Source of the DNA: a virus
Taxonomy: Duplodnaviria > Caudoviricetes
DNA: 64,000 nt
Virus record (IMG/VR): IMGVR_UViG_3300017913_001136
Coordinates: 20,908 to 84,907 of that record
Strand: one strand, 5' to 3'
Shown: positions 40,337 to 49,502 of the stretch, piece after piece
Layout: every line of letters starts with the position of its first letter
Numbering within the stretch: position 1 is the stretch's first letter
Translations under genes and position numbers: made by a program
Notes under the pieces: model-generated
Databases searched by the model: none
What the model saw: only the letters and a program-made list of their open reading frames with translations
What the model was told of the DNA's origin: nothing

Positions 40337-40606
40337 TTAAGAATTATAAATTTTTCTTAACATATCTTCGAACTGATCGACCTTTTCGATACGATTTGGC
40401 CACAGAATATATTCCTTCTCAGGATTCTTCTTTAAGTTCGTCAACAAAGGTTGAATAGCATTATAGAGGCGATCAAGTTTATCTTGAGTCACATTTTGAC
40501 CAACATCAAGTTGGTTGATTGTTTCTTGCTTTTTCTTAACAACTTCAAGTTCGTTTTCATCGACAGCAGTAAACCCGAAGTCAAAATCTAAATCATCAGA
40601 TGACAT
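40337..40606 (-). CDS. Conserved hypothetical protein
   Basis: DFDFGFTAVDE, LLTNLKKNPEKEYILWPNR motifs. Confidence 0.65.
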   Translation of the reverse strand: MSSDDLDFDFGFTAVDENELEVVKKKQETINQLDVGQNVTQDKLDRLYNAIQPLLTNLKKNPEKEYILWPNRIEKVDQFEDMLRKIYNS

Positions 40607-40772
40607 CGTCTCTCCTCATGTATGCGTAGTTTATAAAAAGTACATAGGAGATGAGGAACCAAAAAACACTGCCAGTGAGTATTGATTGACTCATCACCCA
40701 TGCAAAAGGTAATGCCACAAAGACGTCATACGGTTTTATTGCTGAGGTCTTTCGTTTGTCTGCTTGAAGCAT
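40596..40772 (-). CDS. Small membrane protein (58 aa, not in ORF track)
   Basis: Manual translation MLQADKRKTSAIKPYDVFVALPFAWVMSQSILTGSVFWFLISYVLFINYAYMRRDDVI; fills the gap between neighbours. Confidence 0.5.
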   Translation of the reverse strand: MLQADKRKTSAIKPYDVFVALPFAWVMSQSILTGSVFWFLISYVLFINYAYMRRDDVI

Positions 40773-40948
40773 ACGTACTCATTTCCAATTGGTGTTGTGA
40801 TTACAATCGACTTCGCATTAGGATCTGGCGCACGGCATTCAATCTGTGCCCAATAATTATATCCTCTTTCGTTCCACTTTAATTTTTCGTCGAGAAACTC
40901 TCGTTCTGCCCAACCAAACAATGCTAAAAAAGCAATTACACCTGTCAT
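40736..40948 (-). CDS. Small protein with N-terminal hydrophobic segment
   Basis: 70 aa; AGAAGG RBS. Confidence 0.55.
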   Translation of the reverse strand: MTGVIAFLALFGWAEREFLDEKLKWNERGYNYWAQIECRAPDPNAKSIVITTPIGNEYVCFKQTNERPQQ

Positions 40949-40959
40949 TTTTTTCGTTT

Positions 40960-41130
40960 CCTTCTATGGTGATGAGGGAGTAACCATGCTCCCTCGCGAG
41001 TCTATTTAGCGACCAACCTTAATAAAGCAGTGCCAGCGTTTACTTAATGGTGCTGGATGCATCTCCTTTTGTTAATGTAGGGATTCCACCTACTCCCACC
41101 TCGCTTTAAAGTCTGCGTGTCCAAGACTAC
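40960..41130 (-). ncRNA. Candidate structured non-coding RNA/leader
   Basis: GC-richer intergenic tract downstream of a late promoter with four stems: AGUCU/AGACU, GUAGG/CCUAC, CCAGC/GCUGG, GAGGGAG/CUCCCUC. Confidence 0.4.
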
Positions 41131-41133
41131 CCC

Positions 41134-41141
41134 TATTTATA
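41134..41141 (-). promoter_or_regulatory. T4-type late promoter TATAAATA
   Basis: Exact motif in the intergenic region. Confidence 0.65.
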
Positions 41142-41145
41142 TGGT

Positions 41146-41247
41146 TCCGGAGGTGGTTGAGAGAGAGGAGCAAAAAATACCACCTCCGAAAACTAATGCC
41201 AATCAATTATCTTCTATCGTCCAACCGTCTGTAAGATAATTGATTGG
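41146..41247 (-). repeat. Two long inverted repeats (hairpins)
   Basis: CGGAGGTGGT/ACCACCTCCG (41148-57/41179-88, extends by G-U on minus) and a perfect 15-bp stem CCAATCAATTATCTT/AAGATAATTGATTGG (41199-213/41233-247). Confidence 0.8.
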
Positions 41248-41257
41248 AAACTCTATA

Positions 41258-41491
41258 TTACTTATATACAACCTCAAACCCATGTTCATCTGCTTTTACT
41301 CTCTCGCCAGTAAACCAATCCAAACCGTTATTGAAATATGACAGAACATGTAAGACTTGATATCCTTTATCCTCGTATTTACCATACAGGGATCTACCGA
41401 ATGCCTGAAACATATCACCTTCTAAGTAACAAGGAATTGCATCAATCTTGTAACCAGGATGTTCAATTGAATCGTAAGTTTGTTTGACCAT
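41258..41491 (-). CDS. Early hypothetical protein
   Basis: 77-aa ORF coupled to upstream gene. Confidence 0.6.
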   Translation of the reverse strand: MVKQTYDSIEHPGYKIDAIPCYLEGDMFQAFGRSLYGKYEDKGYQVLHVLSYFNNGLDWFTGERVKADEHGFEVVYK

Positions 41492-41808
41492 TATGCAGCA
41501 TCCGCTTCCATTAACAATGCCATCTGATCACAAAAGTGATGCAACTCGCCATCGGTCATATCCGATAGTTTAGGACTAATGAAACGAGCATATGATTTGC
41601 TCATTGCATCTGCTGCCATATAGTAAGCAGACTCTTCGAGTTGCTGACGCTCGAACTCAGCAAGAGTGCCAGAAGGCACACGCTCTGACCAATACTCAGT
41701 ATCAGTATGGCAAGGCAACATGCCCATGAAGTTTCCAGGAGCAGCAGCAGTAAATGCTTCTGCTTCTTGACGTTGTGCTACAATATAATCTACTAATGCT
41801 TTTTCCAT
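41491..41808 (-). CDS. Early hypothetical protein
   Basis: Start at ATG 41808 after RBS GAGGAGCAAAATT. Confidence 0.65.
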   Translation of the reverse strand: MEKALVDYIVAQRQEAEAFTAAAPGNFMGMLPCHTDTEYWSERVPSGTLAEFERQQLEESAYYMAADAMSKSYARFISPKLSDMTDGELHHFCDQMALLMEADAA

Positions 41809-41841
41809 AATTTTGCTCCTCATTGATTTGATTACCCTTAT

Positions 41842-41871
41842 ATTATATCATACTTTTCGAGATAAGTAAAG
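41842..41871 (-). promoter_or_regulatory. Early promoter with upstream A-tracts
   Basis: CTTTACTTATCTCGAAAAGTATGATATAAT, preceded by three about 10-nt-phased A-runs (41872-41900). Confidence 0.85.
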
Positions 41872-41898
41872 ACTTTTTTTACTTTTTTTTCTTTTTTT

Positions 41899-42069
41899 TT
41901 ACCAAGTTTTTTCGTCACCACTGATAGTTGAAGGATTTTCCATTCTTTCAATCCTTTCCTTTAACTCAGCGATTTCTTCATTGAGTTCTTTGATACGATT
42001 CAGCAAAAAATACTTTTCTTGTGTCTCTTCCACCATCTGGCGTTTCATGATGTTGATGTCTGGATCCAT
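41899..42069 (-). CDS. Small coiled-coil protein (56 aa, not in ORF track)
   Basis: MDPDINIMKRQMVEETQEKYFLLNRIKELNEEIAELKERIERMENPSTISGDEKTW; GAGGAG RBS. Confidence 0.6.
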   Translation of the reverse strand: MDPDINIMKRQMVEETQEKYFLLNRIKELNEEIAELKERIERMENPSTISGDEKTW

Positions 42070-42473
42070 TTGTTATATAACTCCTCTTGTAACCTGTATG
42101 CTTCTTCCTCCCACGGAAGGTTCATATATGTATCTACAGTATCATAGATACCAATATATTCTTCACCTTTCCACGCTTTACGAATCCCATGATCTTTCAA
42201 TAAACCACGCTCGTGCTGACGAACATGAACCATCTCATGGAAAACCGCAGTCATAAAGTCCTCTTCGATCAAACCGCTCTGAACTTCAATCTCATGCTCA
42301 CCTTTATCAATACAACAATGATATGCATCGGCATCACCAGGAATATCGGTAATGGTGATTTCGACGCTCAAGTTTCTTTTGCGTGGCATTAACTTTTTGA
42401 TCGCAAAGTTGACAGCATCAAATGCCATCCTCTGCTCCTTGTTAGTTCCACCTTGTATCTCTAAAACTATCAT
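42045..42473 (-). CDS. Zinc metallopeptidase-like protein (HExxH)
   Basis: VFHEMVHVRQ and PWEEEAY motifs. Confidence 0.75.
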   Translation of the reverse strand: MIVLEIQGGTNKEQRMAFDAVNFAIKKLMPRKRNLSVEITITDIPGDADAYHCCIDKGEHEIEVQSGLIEEDFMTAVFHEMVHVRQHERGLLKDHGIRKAWKGEEYIGIYDTVDTYMNLPWEEEAYRLQEELYNKWIQTSTS

Positions 42474-42479
42474 ACCAAT

Positions 42480-42509
42480 ATTATATCATACTTTTAAAAT
42501 AAAGTAAAG
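42480..42509 (-). promoter_or_regulatory. Early promoter
   Basis: CTTTACTTTATTTTAAAAGTATGATATAAT. Confidence 0.85.
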
Positions 42510-42514
42510 TTTTT

Positions 42515-43141
42515 TTATGCAGTTTTATTATGTTTTTTCTGGTGGACTTCGATCTTTACATTATCTCCGACTTTGAACTTAATCTGATCGTGGAAGTGGT
42601 GTAAGATAAAATCTGTTCTTCCTTCAAAGTCTTTAAACATATTCTGCCACAGTGGTCGCCAGTTTTCTGATAATCTGTGATTGTTCATACCACCACGATC
42701 AGAAGGAAGAACCAGATCTGTATAACTGCGAAGATTAAAATCTAGGATAGAATCAAACCCCCACATATGTATGTGTGTTGCTTTTAATTTTTGTGCAGCA
42801 TAATACACTGCCATGTGACCACAATTGAAGTCAGTATAATTTTTTGCGTATGATGGTTTTTTTGTATAGAACTCTTTGATTCTATGTGCAACTTTCATAT
42901 AAAAATTAGAATGCTTATCACAGTACATCTTAGGACGCATACCACAAATCCATTCTCCAGGAGGATTGATCTCTCCCTTATTAATCGTGTGCATCATTTT
43001 AAAATCAACGATACAAGACGCATATGCTTCTGGAACATCAAATGGTGGAACATTACAAAGAAGTTTCAGTCCCTTCCTCGGATGGTCTCTATAAAATGCA
43101 GCGGCATCACCGTTACCTATTACATGAACAACTCTAGGCAT
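42515..43141 (-). CDS. CstII/Maf-like (sialyltransferase-fold) putative glycosyltransferase
   Basis: VIGNG...CN...D...NCGHMAVYYA...IHMWGFD pattern. Confidence 0.45.
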   Translation of the reverse strand: MPRVVHVIGNGDAAAFYRDHPRKGLKLLCNVPPFDVPEAYASCIVDFKMMHTINKGEINPPGEWICGMRPKMYCDKHSNFYMKVAHRIKEFYTKKPSYAKNYTDFNCGHMAVYYAAQKLKATHIHMWGFDSILDFNLRSYTDLVLPSDRGGMNNHRLSENWRPLWQNMFKDFEGRTDFILHHFHDQIKFKVGDNVKIEVHQKKHNKTA

Positions 43142-43808
43142 TTATGACCTCTCTAATTTTCATCAGTCCTTTTATCTTATCTTTACCTTTTGCTCCAGTA
43201 TGGTGCTGAATCTTGATAGAACCTTTATACCCATCATGATCCGTAGCAAGTCTCATCACATTCCATTCAAAGGGCAGTTCATTTATATATGACATTCTGG
43301 TGATGGGATTCATAATAGAGTGTAGAACTTCCTGATCACCAGTCTTTGGGTTTTCTCTGACTGCATTACACCATGAGTGTAGAGCAGGTGGTCTACCAAT
43401 AAACCCAACAACTCCGGAATTATACCAAGTTTCTCCACGTCTTTTCGTCCATGGTTTATCCTCTACCATATTCAACTTTCCAGCAACGATCATATCAAAC
43501 AGTGGTTCTAGTTTTGCTTTGACTTCACAGTCTGTATCCAACCAAAGTGTTTTCTTTCCTGGACTGTTGAACATTGCGATAGGTTTATTGAACCACCCCT
43601 CATCTTTGGTATGAGAAAGATTCATAATCCCTGTTACAAACGGATGCCTGTCTAGCATCATTCTTGCTTTTTCACTCATACCAAAATCGGCAACAATCAA
43701 CGGTAGATTAGAATGCTGAGTAAAGTTATGGAGAAACCATTCTAACTGCCACTCAGTTTTTTCATCACAACCTGTTATAACTACCTGATCAAATTTTTTA
43801 ACGGACAT
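43134..43808 (-). CDS. GT8-like glycosyltransferase
   Basis: LWLDTDCEV, YNSGVV, GDQEVL, EWN, IQHHTG. Confidence 0.7.
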   Translation of the reverse strand: MSVKKFDQVVITGCDEKTEWQLEWFLHNFTQHSNLPLIVADFGMSEKARMMLDRHPFVTGIMNLSHTKDEGWFNKPIAMFNSPGKKTLWLDTDCEVKAKLEPLFDMIVAGKLNMVEDKPWTKRRGETWYNSGVVGFIGRPPALHSWCNAVRENPKTGDQEVLHSIMNPITRMSYINELPFEWNVMRLATDHDGYKGSIKIQHHTGAKGKDKIKGLMKIREVINA

Positions 43809-44466
43809 TGACTAACTCATATTTGTTTGCATTGTAACTGTGTTTCATCTGAACACCAACTTCATTTTGAATCGTAGAAAAGGTATCTCGTGCCTCACAA
43901 ACCCATGGATAGTATTCTTGAATCATAGGAAACACGTCTCTGTTCAAAAAGATATCGGTTGGTCTTGCTGCTTTTTGTGCTGCTTCTATCAACATCCAAG
44001 CACCACGTGGTGTAACAATATATCCATGCGCACCACCGAAATATCTTTTCTGAGTCAAAGGATTCACACCAAGAAGTCTTGGAGTATTCCACTCACCATA
44101 TGATGGTTTTGAGAAAGTCATCACATGAGAAAAGTTTGCACTGATAGGAACTTCTCCTAATACAACTGCATCGTGTTCAAATATTACAGTGTTCTTATTA
44201 TGTAATGCTGCCTTTTCCCAACAACTAAAATGCGAAAGGAAAGCAGACATACAGTTCATCTTCCGTGAATATTTTTCCTCGAACATATCTTCGGGAATAC
44301 CACGAACTGCGAACTGCGCAACAGGATCGTCTTTTGGTGTAACTGCCCATTGCTTTTCAACCTCTAAACCAAACCTTGCTGCGCTTTTAATACAACGGTC
44401 TGCTGCCTTTACTGATCTTTCTTCGTCAGCAATTGTAATTACATACGCTTGATATTGAAAACTCAT
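43798..44466 (-). CDS. Glycosyltransferase family 25-like
   Basis: CMSAFLSHFSCW...VIFEHDA, GAHGYIVTPRGA, PTD. Confidence 0.8.
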   Translation of the reverse strand: MSFQYQAYVITIADEERSVKAADRCIKSAARFGLEVEKQWAVTPKDDPVAQFAVRGIPEDMFEEKYSRKMNCMSAFLSHFSCWEKAALHNKNTVIFEHDAVVLGEVPISANFSHVMTFSKPSYGEWNTPRLLGVNPLTQKRYFGGAHGYIVTPRGAWMLIEAAQKAARPTDIFLNRDVFPMIQEYYPWVCEARDTFSTIQNEVGVQMKHSYNANKYELVNVR

Positions 44467-44469
44467 AAT

Positions 44470-45165
44470 CTATCCTGTAGTCGTTGATGGCAGTCCCTGA
44501 ACCTTAGTGTAGAACCGACGTGTTACACCCATGTTCTTGATTAACTGTTTACACATAATTGCATCATTTGGCCATAGACCATATTGATTCACTGCTTCTA
44601 TCACTGCCTTTGCCCCATTAGGTTTTATTATATAGGCACTGTTACCAGCAAGTCCCTGTGGAATATTGAACTCATCAATATCAGGAATCGCTTGTATTTC
44701 TTCAGACCTACCTTTAACCATATCATAAAATTTCTTCGCTCTGCGTGTTGCCATGAGAGGATTGTTTATTCCTATTATATCATATTTCGACTCAAGAATA
44801 AAGTTATAATCTAACTTATGTACAAATAAAGCATCGTGCTCCATAATCAAAACTGGTTCATCTTTTTCCATGCATTCATACCATAGACGGTAATGACTCA
44901 TGGCGCATGCTATCCGTCTTTCTTTGTATTGCGTCGGATATGCTTTGAGGGTAAGACCTGAGGCAAAGTCAATGGTTTCACCCTGCCACGGATAAGTCCA
45001 TTTAAGACCACAACCACGCATTGTAACTTCTGCCATATCTGCTGTAGTCGCTTCTTGCATTTCTGGTTCAAAGTCATTCCCCACTTTCTTAGATGATTGC
45101 ACAAGTGTATCAAAACCTTTTACTGATACATCATTCCCTTTGATAGTGATTACACGTGCCTTCAT
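44470..45165 (-). CDS. Glycosyltransferase family 25-like (tandem paralogue)
   Basis: IACAMSHYRLW...LIMEHDA, GNSAYIIKPNGA, PND. Confidence 0.8.
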   Translation of the reverse strand: MKARVITIKGNDVSVKGFDTLVQSSKKVGNDFEPEMQEATTADMAEVTMRGCGLKWTYPWQGETIDFASGLTLKAYPTQYKERRIACAMSHYRLWYECMEKDEPVLIMEHDALFVHKLDYNFILESKYDIIGINNPLMATRRAKKFYDMVKGRSEEIQAIPDIDEFNIPQGLAGNSAYIIKPNGAKAVIEAVNQYGLWPNDAIMCKQLIKNMGVTRRFYTKVQGLPSTTTG

Positions 45166-45701
45166 TTTACCTGAACACCCTTGCCCTTTACAAGTTTATT
45201 GTAATGAGGGAACTCTTCTGGATAGTAATCTCTACCTAGAAACTCAAACAACTTCTTCGGTTTATCGCCACCGATAATATCTAAGATCAGGAAATCGTTT
45301 GGTCTGTTTTTAAAATAATTTGTAAATTCTTCATGCCATCTATCGTACGCATCAGAGTAAAGATCGTATTTAAAGAACGGATCACCATATACTTGTTTGC
45401 GAATATCTACTTGCCTTGCACCCTGTTTCCATTCACGTTTGCGTTCAAGATAGGGTTCCATTGACGCCATCCAAGATTTCTTATCTCTGATTGTATATAC
45501 AAACTTCGAGTTCGGAAACTTTGCGTCAAGATCTTTATATGCTGGAAGTACAGGTATATCGCTGCACCCATCGTTGCCCATAGAATACATTTCATGAGTC
45601 TGCGGATAGTGGATATGATTATATCCTACTTGCTTTAGAATCTCAGTGAATGTTGATGTTCCTGTTCTAGATAGTCCTAGACACCAAATCTTTGCCTTCA
45701 T
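45162..45701 (-). CDS. Sulfotransferase family protein
   Basis: N-terminal PAPS-binding loop GLSRTGTST; FPNSKFVYTIRDKKSW.S. Confidence 0.8.
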   Translation of the reverse strand: MKAKIWCLGLSRTGTSTFTEILKQVGYNHIHYPQTHEMYSMGNDGCSDIPVLPAYKDLDAKFPNSKFVYTIRDKKSWMASMEPYLERKREWKQGARQVDIRKQVYGDPFFKYDLYSDAYDRWHEEFTNYFKNRPNDFLILDIIGGDKPKKLFEFLGRDYYPEEFPHYNKLVKGKGVQVK

Positions 45702-46530
45702 TGTTCACCACATTAAATCTATCATATTGCCAGTCAGTTGGTGGATTATTTATGATCCGCAGTAACTGTTCTTCATTCATATCATCTGCCCCAGGAAACA
45801 TCCCATGCACGAAAACGGTTTCGGGTGTTCTATGGTCTACAATATATCTATCAGCGTGATTGATGTCACGAGTACCGTGTATGAAACTATTCCATTTAGA
45901 ATCCATAAAGTGCACGTCCATATCAGTAGCAAATATCATTGCATGTAAATAAGGTTGATCACAATGATAGAAACTATCAAGTGGTCGCTTCCGCATCTCA
46001 TTTACATAGTTCTTAAAATTATCCCACTTAGTTCTGGCATGTTCTGCTCCCTCTTGAGAATAGATAACAACACCAGAGTTGTATATTCTTACAAGTCCAT
46101 CTTCGGTTCTCGGGACATCTGTTCCATAAACTTCTTTGACTGCATCCGCCCAAAGCAAGTCTTGTTGAGAGGTGATCCGCCCCTTAGTGATGGTTCTTTG
46201 TTTCGGTTGCCAGACTTCTTCGCAGAGTCCGACTTGTCCTTCAAATTCTTCAAAGATATTATCCCGAGTGCCGCTAACATGGAAAATATCGGTATCGCAA
46301 AAAAGGATTTTATCATAGTCTCTATACCTTTTGTTCCAGAGTGGTTTGAACGCACCATAGTGCGCAGAGTAATTCCCGAAGTTCATTCCGAGACTTTTCA
46401 CCCACTGCGGATTATCTTCAAACACATAGTCCGCACCGACCATATCCGCATATGCTTTCATGCTGTTTACGCCAGCATGTACAGACGGTCTTACATTACC
46501 GTCCCAGAACTGATAAATTAAATATTTCAA
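45667..46530 (-). CDS. GT-A glycosyltransferase-like protein
   Basis: ILFCDTDIF, YNSGVVI, DQPYL, KWN, FVH. Confidence 0.7.
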   Translation of the reverse strand: MKYLIYQFWDGNVRPSVHAGVNSMKAYADMVGADYVFEDNPQWVKSLGMNFGNYSAHYGAFKPLWNKRYRDYDKILFCDTDIFHVSGTRDNIFEEFEGQVGLCEEVWQPKQRTITKGRITSQQDLLWADAVKEVYGTDVPRTEDGLVRIYNSGVVIYSQEGAEHARTKWDNFKNYVNEMRKRPLDSFYHCDQPYLHAMIFATDMDVHFMDSKWNSFIHGTRDINHADRYIVDHRTPETVFVHGMFPGADDMNEEQLLRIINNPPTDWQYDRFNVVNNEGKDLVSRTI

Positions 46531-47462
46531 TTATAAAAACCCCTATACCATTGCACAAAATTTTTCACCCCTTCTTCAATAGGAGTCGATGGATTGTAAC
46601 CAAGTTTCTTGAGTTTATCGGTATTACTCCAAGTCTCGAGAGCATCAGCAGGATGATGTTCTGCATATTTCATCTTCGCTTCCATACCGAGTTCTTTTTC
46701 GATACACCTGATAAAATAAGTTAGTTTCACTCGCTCACCGTAACCGATACAGTAGATATCTCTCTTTGTCATATTGTTAGCAACAAGGAAGACACCCTGT
46801 ACGATATCATCAACATAGGTAAAGTCGCGAATCATATTTCCTTCGTTGTATACAGTAATCTCGTCACCTTTTAGGATCTTCTTGGTAAAATCAAACAGTG
46901 CCATATCGGGTCGACCCCATGGTCCATATACCGTAAAGAAACGCAACCCAACTGCATTTTCAATATTAGAAACTTGAAACTGAGATTCGTTTGTTGCTTT
47001 AGTATAACCATATGGGGACAGGTGTGGTCCAAGAGCATCTACTTCACCCCATGGCAAAGGATGACCGTGCATAACACAAGATGTAGAAGCATAGATTACA
47101 TTATCAACCCCACCATGCTCGCACGCACGAATTACGTTTTGAGTTCCTGTAATATTATTATCGATATATTCCTGAGCATGCTCCATAGAATATCTTACAC
47201 CTGCTGATGCCGCAAGATGTATTACCATATCTGGTCGATTTTTTAAGATACAACCTTTCATCTTGTCTGCATCTTGAATATCGATCTCTTCTACTTTGAT
47301 GCCATGATTGTTGAGCAATCTCGCTTCTCTAGCATGTTTCAGTTTGACGTCATAGTAGTCATTAAAATTATCGATACAAAAAACTTCATGTCCTTCTGTG
47401 GCAAACTTTTCTGCAACATGATAACCTATAAAACCTGCACCGCCAGTGATCAATACCTTCAT
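46527..47462 (-). CDS. NAD-dependent sugar-nucleotide epimerase (UDP-glucuronate 4-epimerase-like)
   Basis: TGGAGFIG, HLAASAGVRYS, YGYTK (YxxxK), LRFFTVYGPWGRPDMA, RDFTYVDDIV. Confidence 0.9.
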   Translation of the reverse strand: MKVLITGGAGFIGYHVAEKFATEGHEVFCIDNFNDYYDVKLKHAREARLLNNHGIKVEEIDIQDADKMKGCILKNRPDMVIHLAASAGVRYSMEHAQEYIDNNITGTQNVIRACEHGGVDNVIYASTSCVMHGHPLPWGEVDALGPHLSPYGYTKATNESQFQVSNIENAVGLRFFTVYGPWGRPDMALFDFTKKILKGDEITVYNEGNMIRDFTYVDDIVQGVFLVANNMTKRDIYCIGYGERVKLTYFIRCIEKELGMEAKMKYAEHHPADALETWSNTDKLKKLGYNPSTPIEEGVKNFVQWYRGFYN

Positions 47463-48127
47463 AGGATTCCTCTGTCTACCAAATTTTTATATGCATCAAG
47501 TTTGTTCACCTTCGGTCCACCTGCAAATAATTTTTTCCGGATGTGGATAAATTCTGCCTCTTCAACACCGATATCAAACGAACTGTGGTTCCACTGTTGC
47601 CGATCAAAGTAAATACCCTTCTTCTCTTTGAAGTCAGCAAGGATTGCGCATCTATGCATAATACCTTCATCGTTGTAGTTGCCACTGAACTGGGTCATCT
47701 CGTGCAGGTGCAAGTGTTTACGAAACTCTTTGCGAATATCTTTATTTAACCTGTAACAAGAACCACCCCAGTACGGATATTCTACATTGGTAAGAAACGG
47801 AAACTGGCGATTGATAGAAACTCTCAGATTAGTCTGTATCCCATGATGTCTACCGATACCTTGTTCTTCCGTGAATATATTTTTGCGATCTCCTGGTCGA
47901 ACAATCATATCGATATCAACCATAACAACCGTATCATAATCATCCCACTGCTCGTCGAGCATAATCATCTTTTGGCAGATAGGACTCAAACCTTTATTGA
48001 ATACATTACCACGAACCAACTGATATTCTGCTCCACAGAAGTCAGCATAGTTCTTTAGACTCTCGTGAGATAATTCCTCGAGTTCACCCATCTTGCCTGT
48101 AAAATGTTGCAGGATTATATTTTTCAC
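47459..48127 (-). CDS. GT-A glycosyltransferase-like protein
   Basis: YADFCGAEY, VMVDIDM, NDEGIM, QWN, FIH. Confidence 0.6.
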   Translation of the reverse strand: MKNIILQHFTGKMGELEELSHESLKNYADFCGAEYQLVRGNVFNKGLSPICQKMIMLDEQWDDYDTVVMVDIDMIVRPGDRKNIFTEEQGIGRHHGIQTNLRVSINRQFPFLTNVEYPYWGGSCYRLNKDIRKEFRKHLHLHEMTQFSGNYNDEGIMHRCAILADFKEKKGIYFDRQQWNHSSFDIGVEEAEFIHIRKKLFAGGPKVNKLDAYKNLVDRGIL

Positions 48128-48855
48128 TTTCTCACCCCAAGCAAATAATTATCATTCTTTCTGAGCGGATCAGAATACCATTTCATATCGTGCGTCTTTG
48201 CCAACTTGCTTCTTAGTTCGCCGAAGTATTTTTTATTGTCAACGCCAAACGCATCATTATTTTTATGAACAATCATAATGTACTTATAATCTTTATAGAA
48301 TGGTTCAATAATCTGCCTGTCAGCGAGAGGCATCTCGTTGATACTGAAAGAACCAAAGATCATAGCATTATCAGTTTGAGGTTCGAGGTTTTTGGGTGAC
48401 AACCGTTCTGGCCAAAAGTTCTTGTTCTTCCCTATAGTGCTAGAAACGAAATATTCTTGAATCTCGTTCATGATAGGAAAGTCTATCATTGTGTACTTAC
48501 CTTTGAACCCAGACTTGTAGAATGAGTAACAGAGGTGCCCATAACCTGCACCGATGTCAACCATCTCATCTAGAGTCTCAGGACTAATACCAAACACATC
48601 TTCCATCTTTTGTAGATAGAATGCTGATTGAACTGCTGTCCAACTCCATCTACCACTAAACTGAATATCAGGATTACCAATAGCAGGATCTTTTGTATTG
48701 TTTAAATATTTACTATCATTCAATGACATAAATGTAGTCATACCCCCATGACGAGGGTGAGTTGTTCTTGCTATGTTTGGTTGTCTTAGGAAATTATCTT
48801 TGTTATCTCTAAACTCAATCCGAATGGCATCTAACCAGTTTTGCCAATTTTTCAT
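48124..48855 (-). CDS. Putative sugar O-methyltransferase
   Basis: VDIGAGYG, IDFP, FSINEMP motifs. Confidence 0.65.
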   Translation of the reverse strand: MKNWQNWLDAIRIEFRDNKDNFLRQPNIARTTHPRHGGMTTFMSLNDSKYLNNTKDPAIGNPDIQFSGRWSWTAVQSAFYLQKMEDVFGISPETLDEMVDIGAGYGHLCYSFYKSGFKGKYTMIDFPIMNEIQEYFVSSTIGKNKNFWPERLSPKNLEPQTDNAMIFGSFSINEMPLADRQIIEPFYKDYKYIMIVHKNNDAFGVDNKKYFGELRSKLAKTHDMKWYSDPLRKNDNYLLGVRK

Positions 48856-49502
48856 ATCTCAACCTTTGTAAAAATATAATCATGTTGTATGATAAGTTTC
48901 TTATCTCGAATATGATCTTTCTCATGATACTTATACACGAATCCATGCGATGCTAGAAAATCAAAATATTCCTTCTGTGTTGGAGAACCTTCGTTAAACT
49001 CTATACCTTCTACAGGAACTTCACAATGTAAAACTCTACAGTGGTTTAATATATCATCACAACCACGCAAGATATCCAGTTCTGCACCCTGTACATCAAT
49101 CTTGATTACATCAGGAAGAGGAATATTTTTCTCAGCAATATAACTATCCAACCTTCTAGTGGTCATCTTCGTTATTTTATATTTCGATTTTAGAAACTCG
49201 TCAGTCTCTCTGTAATATGTATCACCACTACCGCCATCGTGATAAAAATCCACCTCACCGAAATCAGTATGTGACAAAACTACACTATGCCACTCACCGT
49301 TCTTCCGTTCCTTTTTATCAGGACTTGCTTCGAACATATAAAATTTAGATTCTTTGTAAATCTTTTTGAACTTGCGAGTGAACATTCCATCGTGTGCACC
49401 AATGTCATAGAAAACGCTTAGATTATCAAACTGTTTGAGGGCATCATTTAATATCATAAAATTTCTCACCCAAGTCCTCGTGATTACCGTACCAATCACC
49501 AT
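48852..49502 (-). CDS. FkbM-family methyltransferase
   Basis: YDIGAHDG, FEA, TRRLDSY, IKIDVQGAELDILRG, Q.DYIF; likely start at 49457. Confidence 0.88.
   Translation of the reverse strand: MVIGTVITRTWVRNFMILNDALKQFDNLSVFYDIGAHDGMFTRKFKKIYKESKFYMFEASPDKKERKNGEWHSVVLSHTDFGEVDFYHDGGSGDTYYRETDEFLKSKYKITKMTTRRLDSYIAEKNIPLPDVIKIDVQGAELDILRGCDDILNHCRVLHCEVPVEGIEFNEGSPTQKEYFDFLASHGFVYKYHEKDHIRDKKLIIQHDYIFTKVEI

Noticed and set aside
41006-41062. 18-aa ORF MHPAPLSKRWHCFIKVGR on minus
   Set aside because: AGGAG sits directly against the ATG (no spacing) and the ORF overlaps predicted stems; not supportable as a CDS without conservation data.
40960-41130. tRNA or tmRNA (starts GGGG, ends ...CACCA)
   Set aside because: No TTCRA T-loop, the 5' end cannot pair with the 3' end as an acceptor stem, and there is no cloverleaf; kept only as an unassigned structured RNA.
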